From assembly GCF_963921235.1 (NCBI RefSeq), contig NC_086108.1, positions 81,780,001 to 81,844,000 of the forward strand: a stretch of 64,000 nucleotides of DNA, written 5' to 3'. The stretch comes from Mobula hypostoma (lineage: Eukaryota). The notes below the pieces were generated by a model, which saw only the letters and a program-made list of their open reading frames with translations, made no database searches and was not told where the DNA came from. Positions 13,270 to 26,242 of the stretch are shown in pieces. A program made the translations under genes and the position numbers. Each line of letters opens with the position of its first letter. The first letter of the stretch is position 1.

Positions 13270-14460
13270 GACAGCAACACAGAAACATGCCTTTCGGCCT
13301 ATCTAGGCTATGCCAAACTGTTAGTCTACGCCAAACTGTTAGTCTACTTAGTCCCATTGACTTTCACCTGGACTATAGCCCTCCACAACCATGTACCTAT
13401 CCAAATTTCTCTTAAATGTTGAAATCAACCCTGCTTCCATCACTTGTGCTGGCAGCTCGCTCCACACTCTCACTGCTGTCTGAGTGCAGAAGTTCTCCCT
13501 CATGCTTCCCTTAAACGTTTCACTCTTCATCCTAAACCCATCACCTTTAGTTGCTGTCCCAACCATCCTCAGTGGAAAAAGCCTGCTTGCATGTACCCCT
13601 CATAACTGTGTATACCTCTGCCAAATCTCCCCTCAATTTTCTACATTCTCGTGAATAAAGTCTTGACATATTCAACCTTTCCCTATAATTCAGGTTTTTT
13701 CTGCACTCTATCATTCTTTCCTGGAGGTAGGTGACCAAAACTGGACACAATAACTCAAATTAGGCCTCACCAACATCTGATACAATTTCAACATAACATC
13801 CCAACTCCTGTATTCATGACGAAGGGTCTCGGCCTGAAACGTCGACTGTAACTCTTCCTAGAGATGCTGCCTGGCCTGCTGCGTTCACCAGCGACTTTGA
13901 TGTGTGTTGCTTGAATTTCCAGCATCTGCAGAATTCCTGTTGTTTCCTGTATTCATACTTAGATTTATGGCCAGTATGCCTTTATGACCCTATCTACCTG
14001 TGACACTACTTTCAAGGAATTATAGGAACGTAAGAAATAGGAGCAGGAGTAAGCCATCTGGCCTGTCGAGCTCAGTCCACCATTCAATAAGATCATGTCT
14101 GCAATTTCTCTAGAAATTTGCTGTTCTGAATTCCGCAGACTATTGGGTGGACTGTAGTATAATCCCCTAAAGGTAGTCAATACCTGTCTTATTTCTCAGT
14201 TCTACCCATAAAGCCCTACTAGATGAGCTCTCCAGTCTGTCTCAACTGGGCCCTACCATGATATTTTCTCTGACTAGTAATGTCACCCTTCCTCCTGCCC
14301 CCTTGTAACCAAGTCTCACTAATGACTACAGTGTCATAATACCATATGCTGATCCATGTCCTAAGCTCATCGGTTTTTCCTAGAATATGCCTTGCATTGA
14401 AATATGTGCAGCTCAGATCATTAGGCCCACCATGCTCATACTTTTGATTCCTGACCTTGT
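13270..14460 (-). mobile_element. Cluster of CR1 fragments (3' end, another tail, endonuclease-region piece), interrupted by a Penelope-derived insert
   Basis: reverse-complement similarity to 63130-64000; ORF remnants VRVWSELPAQV and YYSPPNS. Confidence 0.75.
13817..13945 (+). mobile_element. ~129-bp Penelope-like 3'-end insertion carrying a hammerhead-like motif
   Basis: nearly identical to 28507-28635; flanked by duplicated tcctgtattca (13806-13816 and 13945-13955). Confidence 0.85.
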
Positions 14461-15029
14461 ACGTACTCCATTTTTTTTTACATGTTTACATTTTCTTTTT
14501 ATGTCCTGTACTTAACATTTTAAAACATTAGATTTCAAATGCCTTTGTTCAGACCATTCTTCCAAGGTTTATACATTTTGAACTAATCCATTTCTCCTTA
14601 ATTTAATATTGTAAAAATAGACCACCTTTTAAGTTTTTCTTCACAGGTATCAGACTCTCTGAGCAGTAATTTGCCTCGTAGCACTAGATGCAATATGCTT
14701 TACTTTTTGTTGAGACACATATGTGTGAATTATATAACTTGGACTATTTTACTAATTGATGAGCAAGTCTGGCTCATTGAATGTGGATCTATTACTTGGT
14801 CTGAAAGTCTTCCTACTGAGCTGTAGCTTAACATCCCATGCTCCGTCCTTTATAAAGAAGTACCAAATAGGTACCAATTCCTATGCTGTTTGCCCAGAAA
14901 ACAACTTGCGTTTATCTTTCAACAAATGGGACAGTGAAATTTTCTCTTCGCTGAATATAACAATTAAGGTATTGGAATATCAACTGAGCATTGTGCAGTG
15001 TATTTTTCAGACCCTCTATAGTAACAGCT

Positions 15030-16590
15030 ACCATAGAACATAGAAAGTATAGCACAGTGCAGGCCCTTCAGCATACAATGTAGTATTGACTAAAAACTGT
15101 GTCTTTTTAAAAAAAGAAGACACTTCTGACATCTCTTAAATGGATTTCCTCTGGTATTGGCTGTTGCTGCCCTTAGGGAGAAATGTGCTGGCTATCCACT
15201 CTCTGTGCTTCTCATAATCTTAGACACCTCTGTCAAGTCGTATCTCATCCTCTGTCGCTTCAAAGGGAAAATCCCAGTTTGCTCAACCTTTCCTCATAAG
15301 GCCTGCTCTCCAATCTAGGCAGCATTCTGGTAAACAACTTCTTTACCCACTCTGAAGTTTCTGCATTCTTCCTGTAATGAGACAGCCAGAACTGAACACA
15401 ATACTTCAAGTGTAGTCTAGGTAGAGATTTATAGAGCTGCAACATCATCTCAAGTCTCTTGAACTCATTACCCTATTAATGAAGTCCAAGGCAATGTATG
15501 CTGCCTTAACCATTCTGTCAACTTGCATGGCATCTTCGAGAGATCAATGTATTTGGACCACAAGATTCCTCTATTTCTCCACACTGCTAAGAATCTTTTT
15601 AGTAACTTTATACTCTGACTGTACGTTCGATCTTCTAAAGTGTATCTCTTCATATTGTTCCAGATTGAACTCCATTTGCCGTTTCTTCTGTCTCTATCCT
15701 GTTGTAATCTATGACAACCTTCTACGCTTGACCTGTGATTCAACCTGTGTCATCTGCAAAATTGCTAATGGACTCCTCCATTTCCTGTTCCAAGTCATTT
15801 ATGAAAAGTCACAAAGAGCAAAGGTCCCAGAACAGATCCCTGTAGAACACCACTAGTCACAGACTAGAATATGCTCTGTTTCTGCTTTGTGAACAGCCCA
15901 GTTCCAATTCCATATAGCCAAGTTTCCATGGGTTCTATTATTCATGACTATCTGGATGAGTCTACCAAAGGGAACCTTGTGAAAAGCCTAACTGTTCCAT
16001 ATACATCACATTCATAACTCTACCTTCATCACTTTGTTTTGTTACCTTGTCAAAAAACTGAATTAGTCTCGTGAGGCCCAAACTGCTCCTCGTGCTGACT
16101 ATCTCTAATCAGACTATGCTTCTCCAAATGCCGATAAATCCTTTCTCTAAATCCTCTCCAGTAATTTGATCACCACTGACAGAGAACTCACTAGTCTATA
16201 ATTCCCAGGATTATCTCTATTACCATTCTTGAGCAATGGGGCAACATTTCCCATCCTCTGGTACCACTCCTGTGGCTAGTAAGGACGCAAAAATGCCAAC
16301 AATTTCTTAGGAATCTCTTCCCTTCTTGTAGTAACCTGGGGTTTTCTCTCTTTCAGCCCTGGGAACTAATCAATTCTAATGTTTCACAACAATTCAAATA
16401 CTGTCTCTTTCTTAACCTCAACATGCTCCAGCACATTAACCTGTTCCATGTTGACCGCACATTAGTCAAAGTATCTCTCCTTGGTGAATACTGAAGCAAA
16501 GTATCCATTAAGGACCGCCACTACCTCCTTTGTCTCCAGTACGTTTCCTCCTTTATCTTTTACTGTCCCTACCGTCTAGTCATCTTCCTG
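15030..16590 (-). mobile_element. CR1 LINE, decayed RT and 3' end
   Basis: LQLYKSLPRLHLKYCVQFW on minus strand; catagaa-repeat tail at ~15032. Confidence 0.85.
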
Positions 16591-17023
16591 GCAATACTGG
16601 AACTGTAAATGCAAAATTTATGAATTTAGGCTTAAGGGTTTTTAATAAATTTGAGCACTTTACATCAAATATTAATTATTTTGATAAAATAAATATTGCA
16701 TATTAATTTTTAAGGAATTTGGATTTTAGATCTTCATATGTAGCTATTGATTGAACAGAGATTTTCTTCAATCATTTAAAGCAAAAATAGATTAACATAT
16801 TTAAAATTCTTGGTTCAAAGTATTTATTTTTCTCTATGGTTATTTGTAGTATTTTTTTCAATTGATTGTTTTAGGGTTTTGGTTGGATATCATTTCAGAC
16901 CTTCAAGATGAGAAGATGTTATCCAAGCCTTTAACATTTAAAATTCAACCAATATGAGAATGATGCTTGATTTTTACTAAACTTTGAAAATTAAACACTT
17001 GGCCTCTGATTCTCGTCTTTCAG

Positions 17024-17173
17024 AGCATTGTGCAGGATTTGAAGAAGAACTTTGAAATCGTGAAATTGGTTACAGGAAGTCTTGTGGCTTGTCATCGACT
17101 TGCACTTTCTGCATCTGGTCCAGGAGGTCTAACAGGGTCAACAATTGTAGATGGCAGATACACCCATCAAGAT
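17024..17173 (+). CDS. USP24: USP24 exon 4 (SIVQDLKKNFEIVKLVTGSLVACHRLALSASGPGGLTGSTIVDGRYTHQD)
   Basis: tttcag acceptor, gtaagt donor, 150 nt. Confidence 0.95.
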
Positions 17174-17654
17174 GTAAGTGTTCTAGCCCTAATGTTATGC
17201 TATTCGTAATACAGCCATTCAGATTTTGTTTTGTCAGTTTTGTACCAAATAAATGCCTGCAGTTTCAGCCAGTTCTTATACCTCAACTGGCAACTATTCT
17301 GTGTACGTACAGGATGAGTTACAGATGCCTGCACCCCAGCCACTAGACTGCATCAGTTTTCTGAATTGGTCTTAATACCTTTATTGGAACCAATGCCTTT
17401 GGAATGCATCTGGAATAGACCAAAAATCACAAAAAGATTTAAAGCCATTTTCACTAGCTTTCTTAAAAATAGAACTCAATTATTTATTTGAGCAAATAAT
17501 ATATGAATGCATGTGTGGTATTTTCAAATATAAATTAATTGCTATAATTTTGGCTGTCAAAAATTAATTCTATCTTTTAGCATAGGAATTTTTATTTTTA
17601 ATTTTAGCTCATTTAACAAAAATTTAAACTTTAATTTGAATTTGAGTTCTAGTC

Positions 17655-17702
17655 GTGTGTGTGTATGTGTATAGTATATATATGTAGATATATGTATATA
17701 TA
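17655..17702. repeat. Imperfect (TG)n/(TA)n microsatellite
   Basis: directly visible. Confidence 0.8.
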
Positions 17703-17898
17703 GTTTTTAAAATTGTGCATTGGAATGCACTGCTGCTGCGAAACAACATATTTCACGACATATGTCAGTGCTATTAAACTTGATTCAGATTCTAAACTGC
17801 AAGTTGTGGACTGAAATAATCATGCTCTTCATTACTTCTGGTTTTGCCTTTTTGGAATTGGTTTATTATTGTCATATAGACCGAGATACCGTGTAAAG

Positions 17899-18108
17899 CA
17901 GCGGTCCCCAACCTTTTGCGCACCGCGGACCAGTTTAATATTGACGATATTCTTGCGGACTGGCCAGTGGTTGGGGGAAGAGGTGGTGTGTTCAAGTTCG
18001 ACAGTGCGTGACGGAATGAGGAAAGGTGCAGCTGACTCATATCATTTCCTATTGCCAAATCATATCGTTTCCTCATGGCCCGATAGCACATGCTCGCAGC
18101 CCGGTACT
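17899..18108 (+). mobile_element. hAT (Charlie-like) MITE, one TIR visible
   Basis: starts cagcggtccccaaccttttg, a typical hAT terminus; CpG-rich; right TIR not found. Confidence 0.55.
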
Positions 18109-18239
18109 TGTCTTGCACACTCTCTGTAGAGATCAAATTACAGAGTGCACTGAGGTAGAGCAAGGTAAAATAATAACAATGCAAAATCAACACCGGTGTC
18201 TGTAACTGGAACTTGCACGTCTTGATAGAATGACCCCAG

Positions 18240-19140
18240 TCAGTCCAAGTTGGCAGTAACATCTCAAATTCCATCATGCTGAGCAGTGGTGCCCCCCCGC
18301 CGCCCCCCAGGTTTGAGTGCTCAGTCCACTGATGTTCACACTGCTGACTCATGACTGCACTGCCAGCTTCAGCTCAAGTTGCGTCATCAAGTTCGCTGAT
18401 GACACTGCAGCGATTGGCCTCATCAGCAACAAAGATGAGTCATCATACAGAGAGGAGGTAGAGAGGCATCATGTGGTGCGAGAGCAACCCGAGTCTCAAC
18501 ATGGATAAGACAAAAGAGATGATTGTGGACTTGAAGAAGGTACAGGTCGATCACTCTCCATTACACATCAGTGGCTCTGCAGTGGAGAGAGTGAAGAGCA
18601 TGAAGCTCCTTAGTGTACACATAAAGCGTGATCTAACCTGGGCCAACAACACCTCACTAGACAAGAAGACACAGCAGCATCTACACTTTCTGAGGAGGTT
18701 GAGGTGTGCAAGGCTCCCGGCCCCCATTCTAACAACTTTTTACAGGAGTACCATCAAGAGTGTCCTGTCTGGCTACATCAAAACTCTACCGAAAACAGTA
18801 AAAGCTGCTGAGGAAATCATCACTATTTCTGACATTTTCAAGTGTTGCGGATGAAGGGCCCAAAGCATTGTTGATAATCTCTATCACCCATATCACAATC
18901 TCTTTGACCTATTGCCGTCAGGAAGGAGGTGCAGAAGCATCAGGGCGAGGTCTGCCAGACTGGGTCACAGCTTCTTCCTTCATTCTGCGAGACCGATGAG
19001 CACCCTGCCAGCACAGAGGTCTCATCACTCGGACAGCGAGCTTTTTACTATACTGTTTGCCACTGCTGTACTTTACCTGCATTTTGAATTATATTTTGTT
19101 CACTTATTGTAATATTTTGTTTTATATGCTGAGTGTGATA
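18240..19140 (+). mobile_element. Rex1/Babar-type LINE, 3' fragment
   Basis: LSPLMFTLLTHDC, IKFADDTAAIGLI, KTKEMIVD, TTFYRSTIKSVL. Confidence 0.87.
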
Positions 19141-19829
19141 TATTATGTATACAAACTCTATACAGGCAGCAGCAGGAATTGAACCTGGGTCGCTGACACT
19201 GTAAAGCATTGTGCTAACCACTACACTACAATGCTGTCCAATTGTACAGTGAAGGGAAACAATAAGAAGCAAGATCACAACAAGGTAGATTGTGATGTCA
19301 AGTATCATTCTAGGGAACCATTTAATAGTCTTATAACAGTGGGGTTGAGGATGTCCTTGAGCCTGGTGGTAGTACATGCTTTCGGGCTTACCTTTTATAT
19401 GTTCTGTGTAATGGAAGGGGAGAAGAGAGAATGTCCTTTTTTTAAAAATCCCATAGTTGAACTGACATAACATACTTTAAGCCTTTTCTTTTTGAAAGAA
19501 AAATAATCAAAGCCTTTAGTAGGTCTGAGAATCAGAAAATTTATCCCAATAGCTTCTGAGAAGGTGGCTGATTCACAGTTGTCATCTGTAAACAGCAACT
19601 TCATTGAAATTTGTCAAAAACTGGTAATGAGTTAATGTTGCTAAATATTTGTTTTCATGAGAGATAAGGAACTGAAACAATTTTAAAAAAAATAGGTCAG
19701 TGAATGATGTAGAAGTGGAAGGTTTGTTTTAGATTATTCATTTAACTTTGAATTGGATGAGTGTTCTAAAACTCTAGACGTAGATGATTTCATTTTAGAA
19801 CTAATTTCTTACATTTTAGTTATCATTTT

Positions 19830-20068
19830 TTTACGTAGAGAGTGGTAATTTTATGCAGAGTGGTGAGTGCATGGAATAGGCTGCTGGCGACGGTGGTGGA
19901 GGCGGATACGATAGGGTCTTTTAAGAGACTCCTAGATAGGTACATAGAGCTTAGAAAAATAGAGGGCTATGGGTAACCCTAGGTAATTTCTAAGATAAGG
20001 ACATGTTCGGCACAGCTTTGTGGGCTGAAGGCCCTGTATTGTGCTCTAGGTTTTCTATGTTTCCATGT
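19830..20068 (+). mobile_element. CR1 3'-terminal fragment
   Basis: tggaataggctgc...gggctgaaggccctgtattgtgct with ttctatg-type tail. Confidence 0.75.
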
Positions 20069-20290
20069 TATCATGGCACCATTATCCACTATGGATTATT
20101 TTTTTGTTATCTTCAGTAGTATATGTCACTCCTTTTTTTTGAAAGCTAGTTCATCATTTTTCCAGATGTTGGCGATGTTTAAATGATTTACTTCCATAAT
20201 ACACAGTCATTTATTGTGGCAAAAGCTGGACCCAAAATCTGTTGTAGTAGTTTTGGAGTCAAAAAGTACCTGATTCTGTTTCTTCCACAG

Positions 20291-20422
20291 TACTTGGAAG
20301 CACACCTGAGGTTCCTTGCATTTTTTCTTCAAGAAGCCAGCCTTTACATTGGTTGGAATCGTGCCAAGGAGATTTGGGAGTGCCTGGTGTCTGGAGCAGA
20401 TATCTGTGAACTCGATCGAGAG
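20291..20422 (+). CDS. USP24: USP24 exon 5 (YLEAHLRFLAFFLQEASLYIGWNRAKEIWECLVSGADICELDRE)
   Basis: ttccacag acceptor, gtacat donor, 132 nt; lies within supplied ORF 20183..20500. Confidence 0.96.
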
Positions 20423-20884
20423 GTACATTGGTCTGATAATCTCTCTTGTTTGAAGTATTCTCTAATGTTGTTTCATCTCTCATTTTTTCCCTCATGTTAA
20501 TTTGATGTTTACTTTAGAAACACCTTTTGCACTAAATCCATGCCAAAAATGTATCTGATATTATTGACAGTAATAGCCTTGGTAGTCTCATTACAATGTG
20601 GAAAATTGGCTGGGAAAAGCCAATCACTTTTCATGTGATAATCAGTAAAAAGATAAAATTTTGTTGACAGTACCACCAGTTGATATTTGGCCTCTAATAG
20701 CCTCAGTAATATTCAGTTTAGATTTCACTGGCATTACTGGGTATCACATCATAGTTTGATCCAGACATTGATTAAAGAGCTAAATATCAGGTCTGCACTG
20801 ATAGTGACTGCCCTTGGTAAAATTTAAGTCTGAGGATTTAGTGTGTGTGGGCAATCATGTCTTTTGAATTTGACTTTTTTTTTT

Positions 20885-21270
20885 AAGAGATGACCAAGAA
20901 GATTGACAAGACAGGGCAGTAGACATTGCCTTTGCGGACTTTAGCAAGGCCTTTCACAAGGTCCTGTGTGATAGACCTGTCAAGAAAATTAGAGCACATG
21001 GCATCCAGAGTGAGGTAGCCAACTGGATACAAAATTGGCTTGGTGGTATGACACAGGAAGGTAATGGAGGGGCTTTCAGGCTGAAGGCCTTTGACCAGTG
21101 GTGTGTTGCAGTCCTCAATGGAGTCCTCTGTCATATATATTAATAATTTGGATGAAAATGTAGGTGGCATTGTCAACAAATTTGCAGATTGATAGTATAG
21201 TGGACACTGAAGAAAGTTGTTTTCTAACTGGGAAGTGGACAGGGGAATGGCAGATGGAATTCTGTATTAC
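20885..21270 (+). mobile_element. CR1 RT fragment, highly decayed
   Basis: gactttagcaaggcc (DFSKA) and aaatttgcagat (KFAD) remnants. Confidence 0.7.
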
Positions 21271-21979
21271 AAGAAGGGAGTTCGCAATCTGCAAAAGTGA
21301 TCTGGATTGCATTTTTCCAGAACTTGAAGCCATGTCATCTGCATTTAAAAAAAAAACTGGCAAATAGTTGCTTAGTTATTTGCTTTTTTTGGTGAATTCT
21401 GTAAGACTGAATTTTATTCCATATCTCAAATTGCTGTTACTCGAATGACTGTAATGCAAAGCTGGTATCTGTTATGAGCTGTCAGAGGATGTAGTTGAGT
21501 TAGGAGCAGAAATAACAGTTAAGAGGCATTTGTATGGGTACTCCAATGATCAAGGCATGGAGAGGTATGGAATTAATGGGATGTGTTGGTGGGCATAATG
21601 GTTGGCATAAATGTAGCTTGCTTAAGGGCTTACTTCTATGGAGAACAACACTAACTCCAGTGTGAAAAATCTCCAGTGGTTAGATACATACTTTGAGGGA
21701 GTTGGAGGGTTGGGTGGGGGGTTGAAAAAGGGGAACATTATAAGAAATATCATTGAAAGTCCAATGTGCTAGTCTCAGGACATCACAGCAGGAATTCCTC
21801 ACATAGCGCCCTTGGACTCGCACCCTAAGCGATATTACCAATAACTTTCTTTCCATCATAGGTGGATATGTTTATTGATAATTACATTATGTTCAATATC
21901 ATTTACAACTGGCTCCTAACAAATGAAGCAGTCATGCCTGTACTGATTAGAGGCAAATAATGTTATGTGCCCAAAAAGG

Positions 21980-23400
21980 TTAAAAGTTCAAAGTAGATTT
22001 AATATCAGAATGAATATATATATGTCACCATGTACAACCCTTATATTAATTTTCTTGCGGGCATACTCAAATCCATAAATCAATGAAAGACCACAGCAAC
22101 TTGAGCATTCAACCAGTGTGCAAATACAAAAGGTAATGAATGATAATAATAATAAATAAATAAATAAATAAGCAATAATTAACCAGAACATAAAATGAAG
22201 TGTCCTTGAAAGTGGGTCCACAGGCTGTGAGAATATTTCAATGATGGGGTAAGTGAAGTTATCCCCTTTGGTTCAAGAGCCTGATACTTGAGAGGTAATA
22301 ACTGTTCCTGAACCTGGTGGTGTGAGGCCTGAGGCACCTGTAGCTTCTTCCTTAGACAATAGGTGCAGGAGTAGGCCATTCAGCCCTTCGAGCCAGCACC
22401 GCCATTCACTTTGATCATGGCTGATCATCCACAATCAGTACGCTTTTCCTGCCTTCTCCCCATATCCCTTGACTCCGCTATCTTTAAGAGCTCTATCTAA
22501 CTCTTTCTTGAAAGAATCCAGAGAATTGGCCTCCACTGCCTTCTGAGGCAGACCATTCCACAGAACCACAACCCTCTGTGTGAAAAAGTTTTTCCTCAAC
22601 TCCGTTCTAAATAGTCTACCCCTTATTCTTAAACTGTGGCCTCTGGTTCTGGACTCCCCCAACATCGGGAACATGTTTCCTGCCTCTCGCGTGTCCAATC
22701 CCTTAATAATCTGATATGTTTCAATCAGATCCCCTCTCATCCTTCTAAATTCCAGTCTATACAAGCCCAGCCGCTCCAATCTTTCAACATATGACAGTCC
22801 CGCCATCCCAGGAATTAACCTCATGAACCTATGCTGCACTCTCTCAATAGCTAGAATGTCCTTCCTCAAATTTGGAGACCAAAACTGTACACAGTGCTCT
22901 AGGTGTGGTTTCACCAGGGCCCTGTACAACTGCAGAAGGACCTCTTTGCTCCTATACTCAACTCCTCTTGTTATGAAGGCCAACATGCCATTAGCTTTCT
23001 TCACTGCCTGCTGTACCTGCATGCTTACTTTCAGTGACTGGTGAACAAGGACACCTAGATCTCGTTGTACTTCCCCTTTTCCTAACTTGACACCATTCAG
23101 ATAGTAATCTGCCTTCCTGTTCTTGCCACCGAAGTGGATAACCTCACATTTATCCACATTAAACTGCATCTGCCATGCATCTGCCCACTCACCCAACCTG
23201 TCCAAGTCACCCTGCATTCTCATAACATCCTCCTCACATTTCACACTGCCACCCAGGTAAGGACAGCAGCAAGAAGAAAACATGACCTGAGTTGTGGAAT
23301 TCCCTGATGACGGATACTGCTTTTCTGCAACAGTACTTTGTATAGAAGTGCTCAGTGGTGGGGAGGGTTTTACCCATGATGGAATGGACCATAATCACTG
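21980..23400 (-). mobile_element. Rex1/Babar 3' fragment interrupted by a younger CR1
   Basis: tail aaagttcaaagtagattta; homologous to 52670-53390; continues after 23257. Confidence 0.75.
22352..23256 (-). mobile_element. Young 5'-truncated CR1 with uninterrupted ORF2 C-terminus
   Basis: open frame of ~270 codons (WQMQFNVDKCEVIHFG...RTRGHSLRI...KAY*) plus 3' UTR. Confidence 0.93.
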
Positions 23401-25045
23401 CTGCTGAAAAGTATCCCCATAGCATGATGCTAACCCACCATACTTTACAGCAGGGATGGTACTACCTGGCTGGTATGCAGTATTAGATCTACGTACTGCT
23501 CAGTGTTGAGGCTAAAAAGTTCCACTTTAGTCTCATCTGACCACTACACCTTCCACATCTTTACAGTATCTTATAAGAGATGCTTTGCAAAGTCTTTATT
23601 GGCAAGAATATGTTTTTCTTTAAAGGTACCTGTGGTGTAATTCTAATACTGCCCATCAGTCAGGTAACACAATCATTACTGTGAAGTATGGTGGAGGTAG
23701 CATTGTGCTTTTCAGCACCGGGGACTGGGATTGATAGGAAGGTGAATGCTGCAGAATATAGAGAGATCCTGGATAAAAACCTGCTAGCCTTTGCCAGAAA
23801 GCTTAAACTGGGGAGGAAGTCCATCTTTCAGCGGGACAATGACTGAAAGCACACTGCCAGAGCAACCTTGTGAAGCCCCCTCACCGGGTTTGTAGAGAAA
23901 CTTGGCTCGTTAGCCGGTTCTGCTAACAGCCACTGGACTCAGCAGTGAGAAGGCCACCTTTCTCAAACAATGTACGTCTAGGGTAGGTATGATTTGGGTC
24001 CCACCAAACCGGGAAGCTGGGATGTTTCGACTAATGGTACCCCGATTTCAGTGAATGCTGTGTAAATACTGCCCACATGCAGTTATCCATCGCAAGAAAT
24101 AATAGATCATACACTGTCTACAATTATTAAAAACTGTATTTACTAATTTCAGCTTAATTGAACAGTTTTTAAGAGGAAAAAGAAGGAAAAGAAAAAAAAA
24201 GGTCCTAATATAATTAAACCAGTCTAAGTGTGGACATGTTGGAGCTCCTATCTTCCAAAAGCTATGTGTATCCCTTAATCAAAGCGTCAACCTCTCATCA
24301 CTGAGAACCATTAGAACTTATCTTCTTGGATTCCTTCAAATCGCTCTCTCTCGGCAGATCGAATCCTATGACCGTCTCTCTTGATCGTCTCCTCTCTCCA
24401 TCTCCCACCAAAAGACCACAATCCCACCAGTGTCTGCTCTTCTTCAGCCAGCTTTCTCTAGAACCTTTAATCATTCCATCATCCTGATTGGCTGACACAG
24501 CATTCCTAAGTTGAACATCACAGCCCTTATCTTTAACTGAAACTCAAACACTATCATCAGGACACACTGCTTCTACAGAAAGCTACAAAATGAAATACCC
24601 TACAGCATTAGCAGCAAAAATCTTAACCAGGATGTTACACTTGGAGTTGCCTTAACCCAATTCCACATCTCTGGCAAGACTTCAAGATTGCCACCCCCAA
24701 CTAACCTGGTGCAGCTTGAGCAATCTTTCATGGAGAAATGGGCAAATCGTGCTCCATCACATGCAAAGCTAATAGAGACTTATCCAAAAAGACTGTAGTA
24801 GCTGTGAGAGGTGGTTCAACTAAGTACTGAACAAAGGGATAAGAATATTTTTGAACTGCTGACATTTCAGGTTTTGAATTTTTAGTTTTTCATACTTTAC
24901 AATTTTCCTTGTTTTTTTGAGCTCTACTATGAAAAAAGGGGCATGTGATTCATAAATAAAAATTCTCAGTTAATCAAAATTCCTGGTTGTAATACTCATT
25001 TATGTGAACTAAAGGTTAGGCACTGAATACTTTTTCACGGCACTT
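23400..25045 (+). mobile_element. Decayed, rearranged Tc1 transposon: minus piece ~23400-23620, plus piece ~23670-25045 split by a solo LTR
   Basis: TVKYGGGSI motif on both strands; FQRDND*KHTARAT continues after the insert; gaatactttt terminal motif. Confidence 0.7.
23871..24639 (-). mobile_element. Solo LTR (~770 bp)
   Basis: TG...CA ends, perfect 4-bp duplication cttg (23867-23870 and 24640-24643), interrupts the Tc1 frame; CCAAT box on minus strand at ~24486. Confidence 0.72.
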
Positions 25046-25584
25046 CAGAAGTTTGTACAAAGTTTTATATTTTCAAAGCTTTAATTTAAAATAACCATCA
25101 ACGAGAGAGAGTCTTCTACCAAACCTTGACATCTAAAGGCTTCATCACCAACACCTTCAACAGCCTGAACACCAGTGTCCCTCGAGTATTAAATATTTTA
25201 AAATGGGAAATAGATACTGACTGTCTATTTATGACCCTCAGAACCCTAAGTTTGTCAGGTCTCCCCTCAGCCTCAGCCATTCCCAGTCTGTCCAGTCTCG
25301 AAATAGCACATGCCATCTAATCCAGACAGCATCCTGTTAAACCTCATCAATACCCTCTCCATAGCCTCCATATCCTTCCTATAATGGGTGACATGATGCA
25401 ACCTAATTTAGTGTTTTATAATGTTGTAACATAACTTCGTGTCACTTTTTGAACTGAATGTTTAGAGTAAGTTCTCAGCTGTATTCTTACCTGCACCTCT
25501 CAATGGGAAATTGGTGGTGATGCACAACACTGATGCAGAAAAAGGAATAAATATAAAAATCCTTCCATATTTGGGAATTTATTT

Positions 25585-25870
25585 TTATTTATTTAGAGAG
25601 AGTGCATGGAACAGGCCCTGTTGGCCCAACTAGCCACATTGCCCAGCAACTCACCTATTTAACGCTAGCCTAATCAAAGGATGATTTAGAATGACTAATT
25701 AACCTACTTAACTGGTACACCTTTGGGCTGTGGAAAGAAACCGGAACACCTAGAGAAAACCCACGTGGTCACAGGGAGAACATGCAAACTTCTTACAGAA
25801 GAAGTAGAATTGAACTCTGAACTCTGACACCCTAACTTACAATAGCATTGAGCTAACCACTATGGTGCCC
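25585..25870 (-). mobile_element. V-SINE/HE1-like SINE
   Basis: reverse-complement homologue of 7148-7418. Confidence 0.75.
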
Positions 25871-26046
25871 ATAGAATAGTTGTAATAGATGGTCAGTAAC
25901 AAGGATTTTAAAATTAATATTGTTTTTGCAAGCATTTTTAGTTTAATACACTATTAAATGTAAAGTTCTGTATTTTTCAAAGGAAACATCAGAAAGAAAA
26001 TAACTTGCAATTTAACAATCTCTTCTTTGATAACCTGTTTCCTCAG

Positions 26047-26158
26047 TTGTGCTTTGAATGGTTTACCAAAGGACATGGAGATTTGGAGAGTGATGTTCAA
26101 CAACAGCTTTTTAAAGAAAAAATCCTCAAACTGGAACCCTATGAAATCACTATGAATG
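26047..26158 (+). CDS. USP24: USP24 exon 6 (LCFEWFTKGHGDLESDVQQQLFKEKILKLEPYEITMN-G)
   Basis: cctcag acceptor, gtatgc donor, 112 nt, ends in phase 1. Confidence 0.95.
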
Positions 26159-26242
26159 GTATGCATTTACTTAAATGAAAAGCAAATATCTTATACTCTT
26201 CAAATCCTTGATTCTTCCAAGTATTTCACAGCAAATGCAGTA

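Noticed and set aside
13311..13348. 18-bp tandem repeat gccaaactgttagtctac as an array
   Set aside because: Only two units with no spacer, inside a CR1 tail; a simple slippage duplication.
17792..18352. 186-aa minus-strand ORF and other short supplied ORFs
   Set aside because: They cross several unrelated repeats (hAT MITE, Rex/Babar) or low-complexity sequence and show no coherent domain.
22435..23283. 282-aa minus-strand ORF as a host gene
   Set aside because: It is the CR1 ORF2 C-terminus, and the start codon comes from the neighbouring Rex/Babar sequence.
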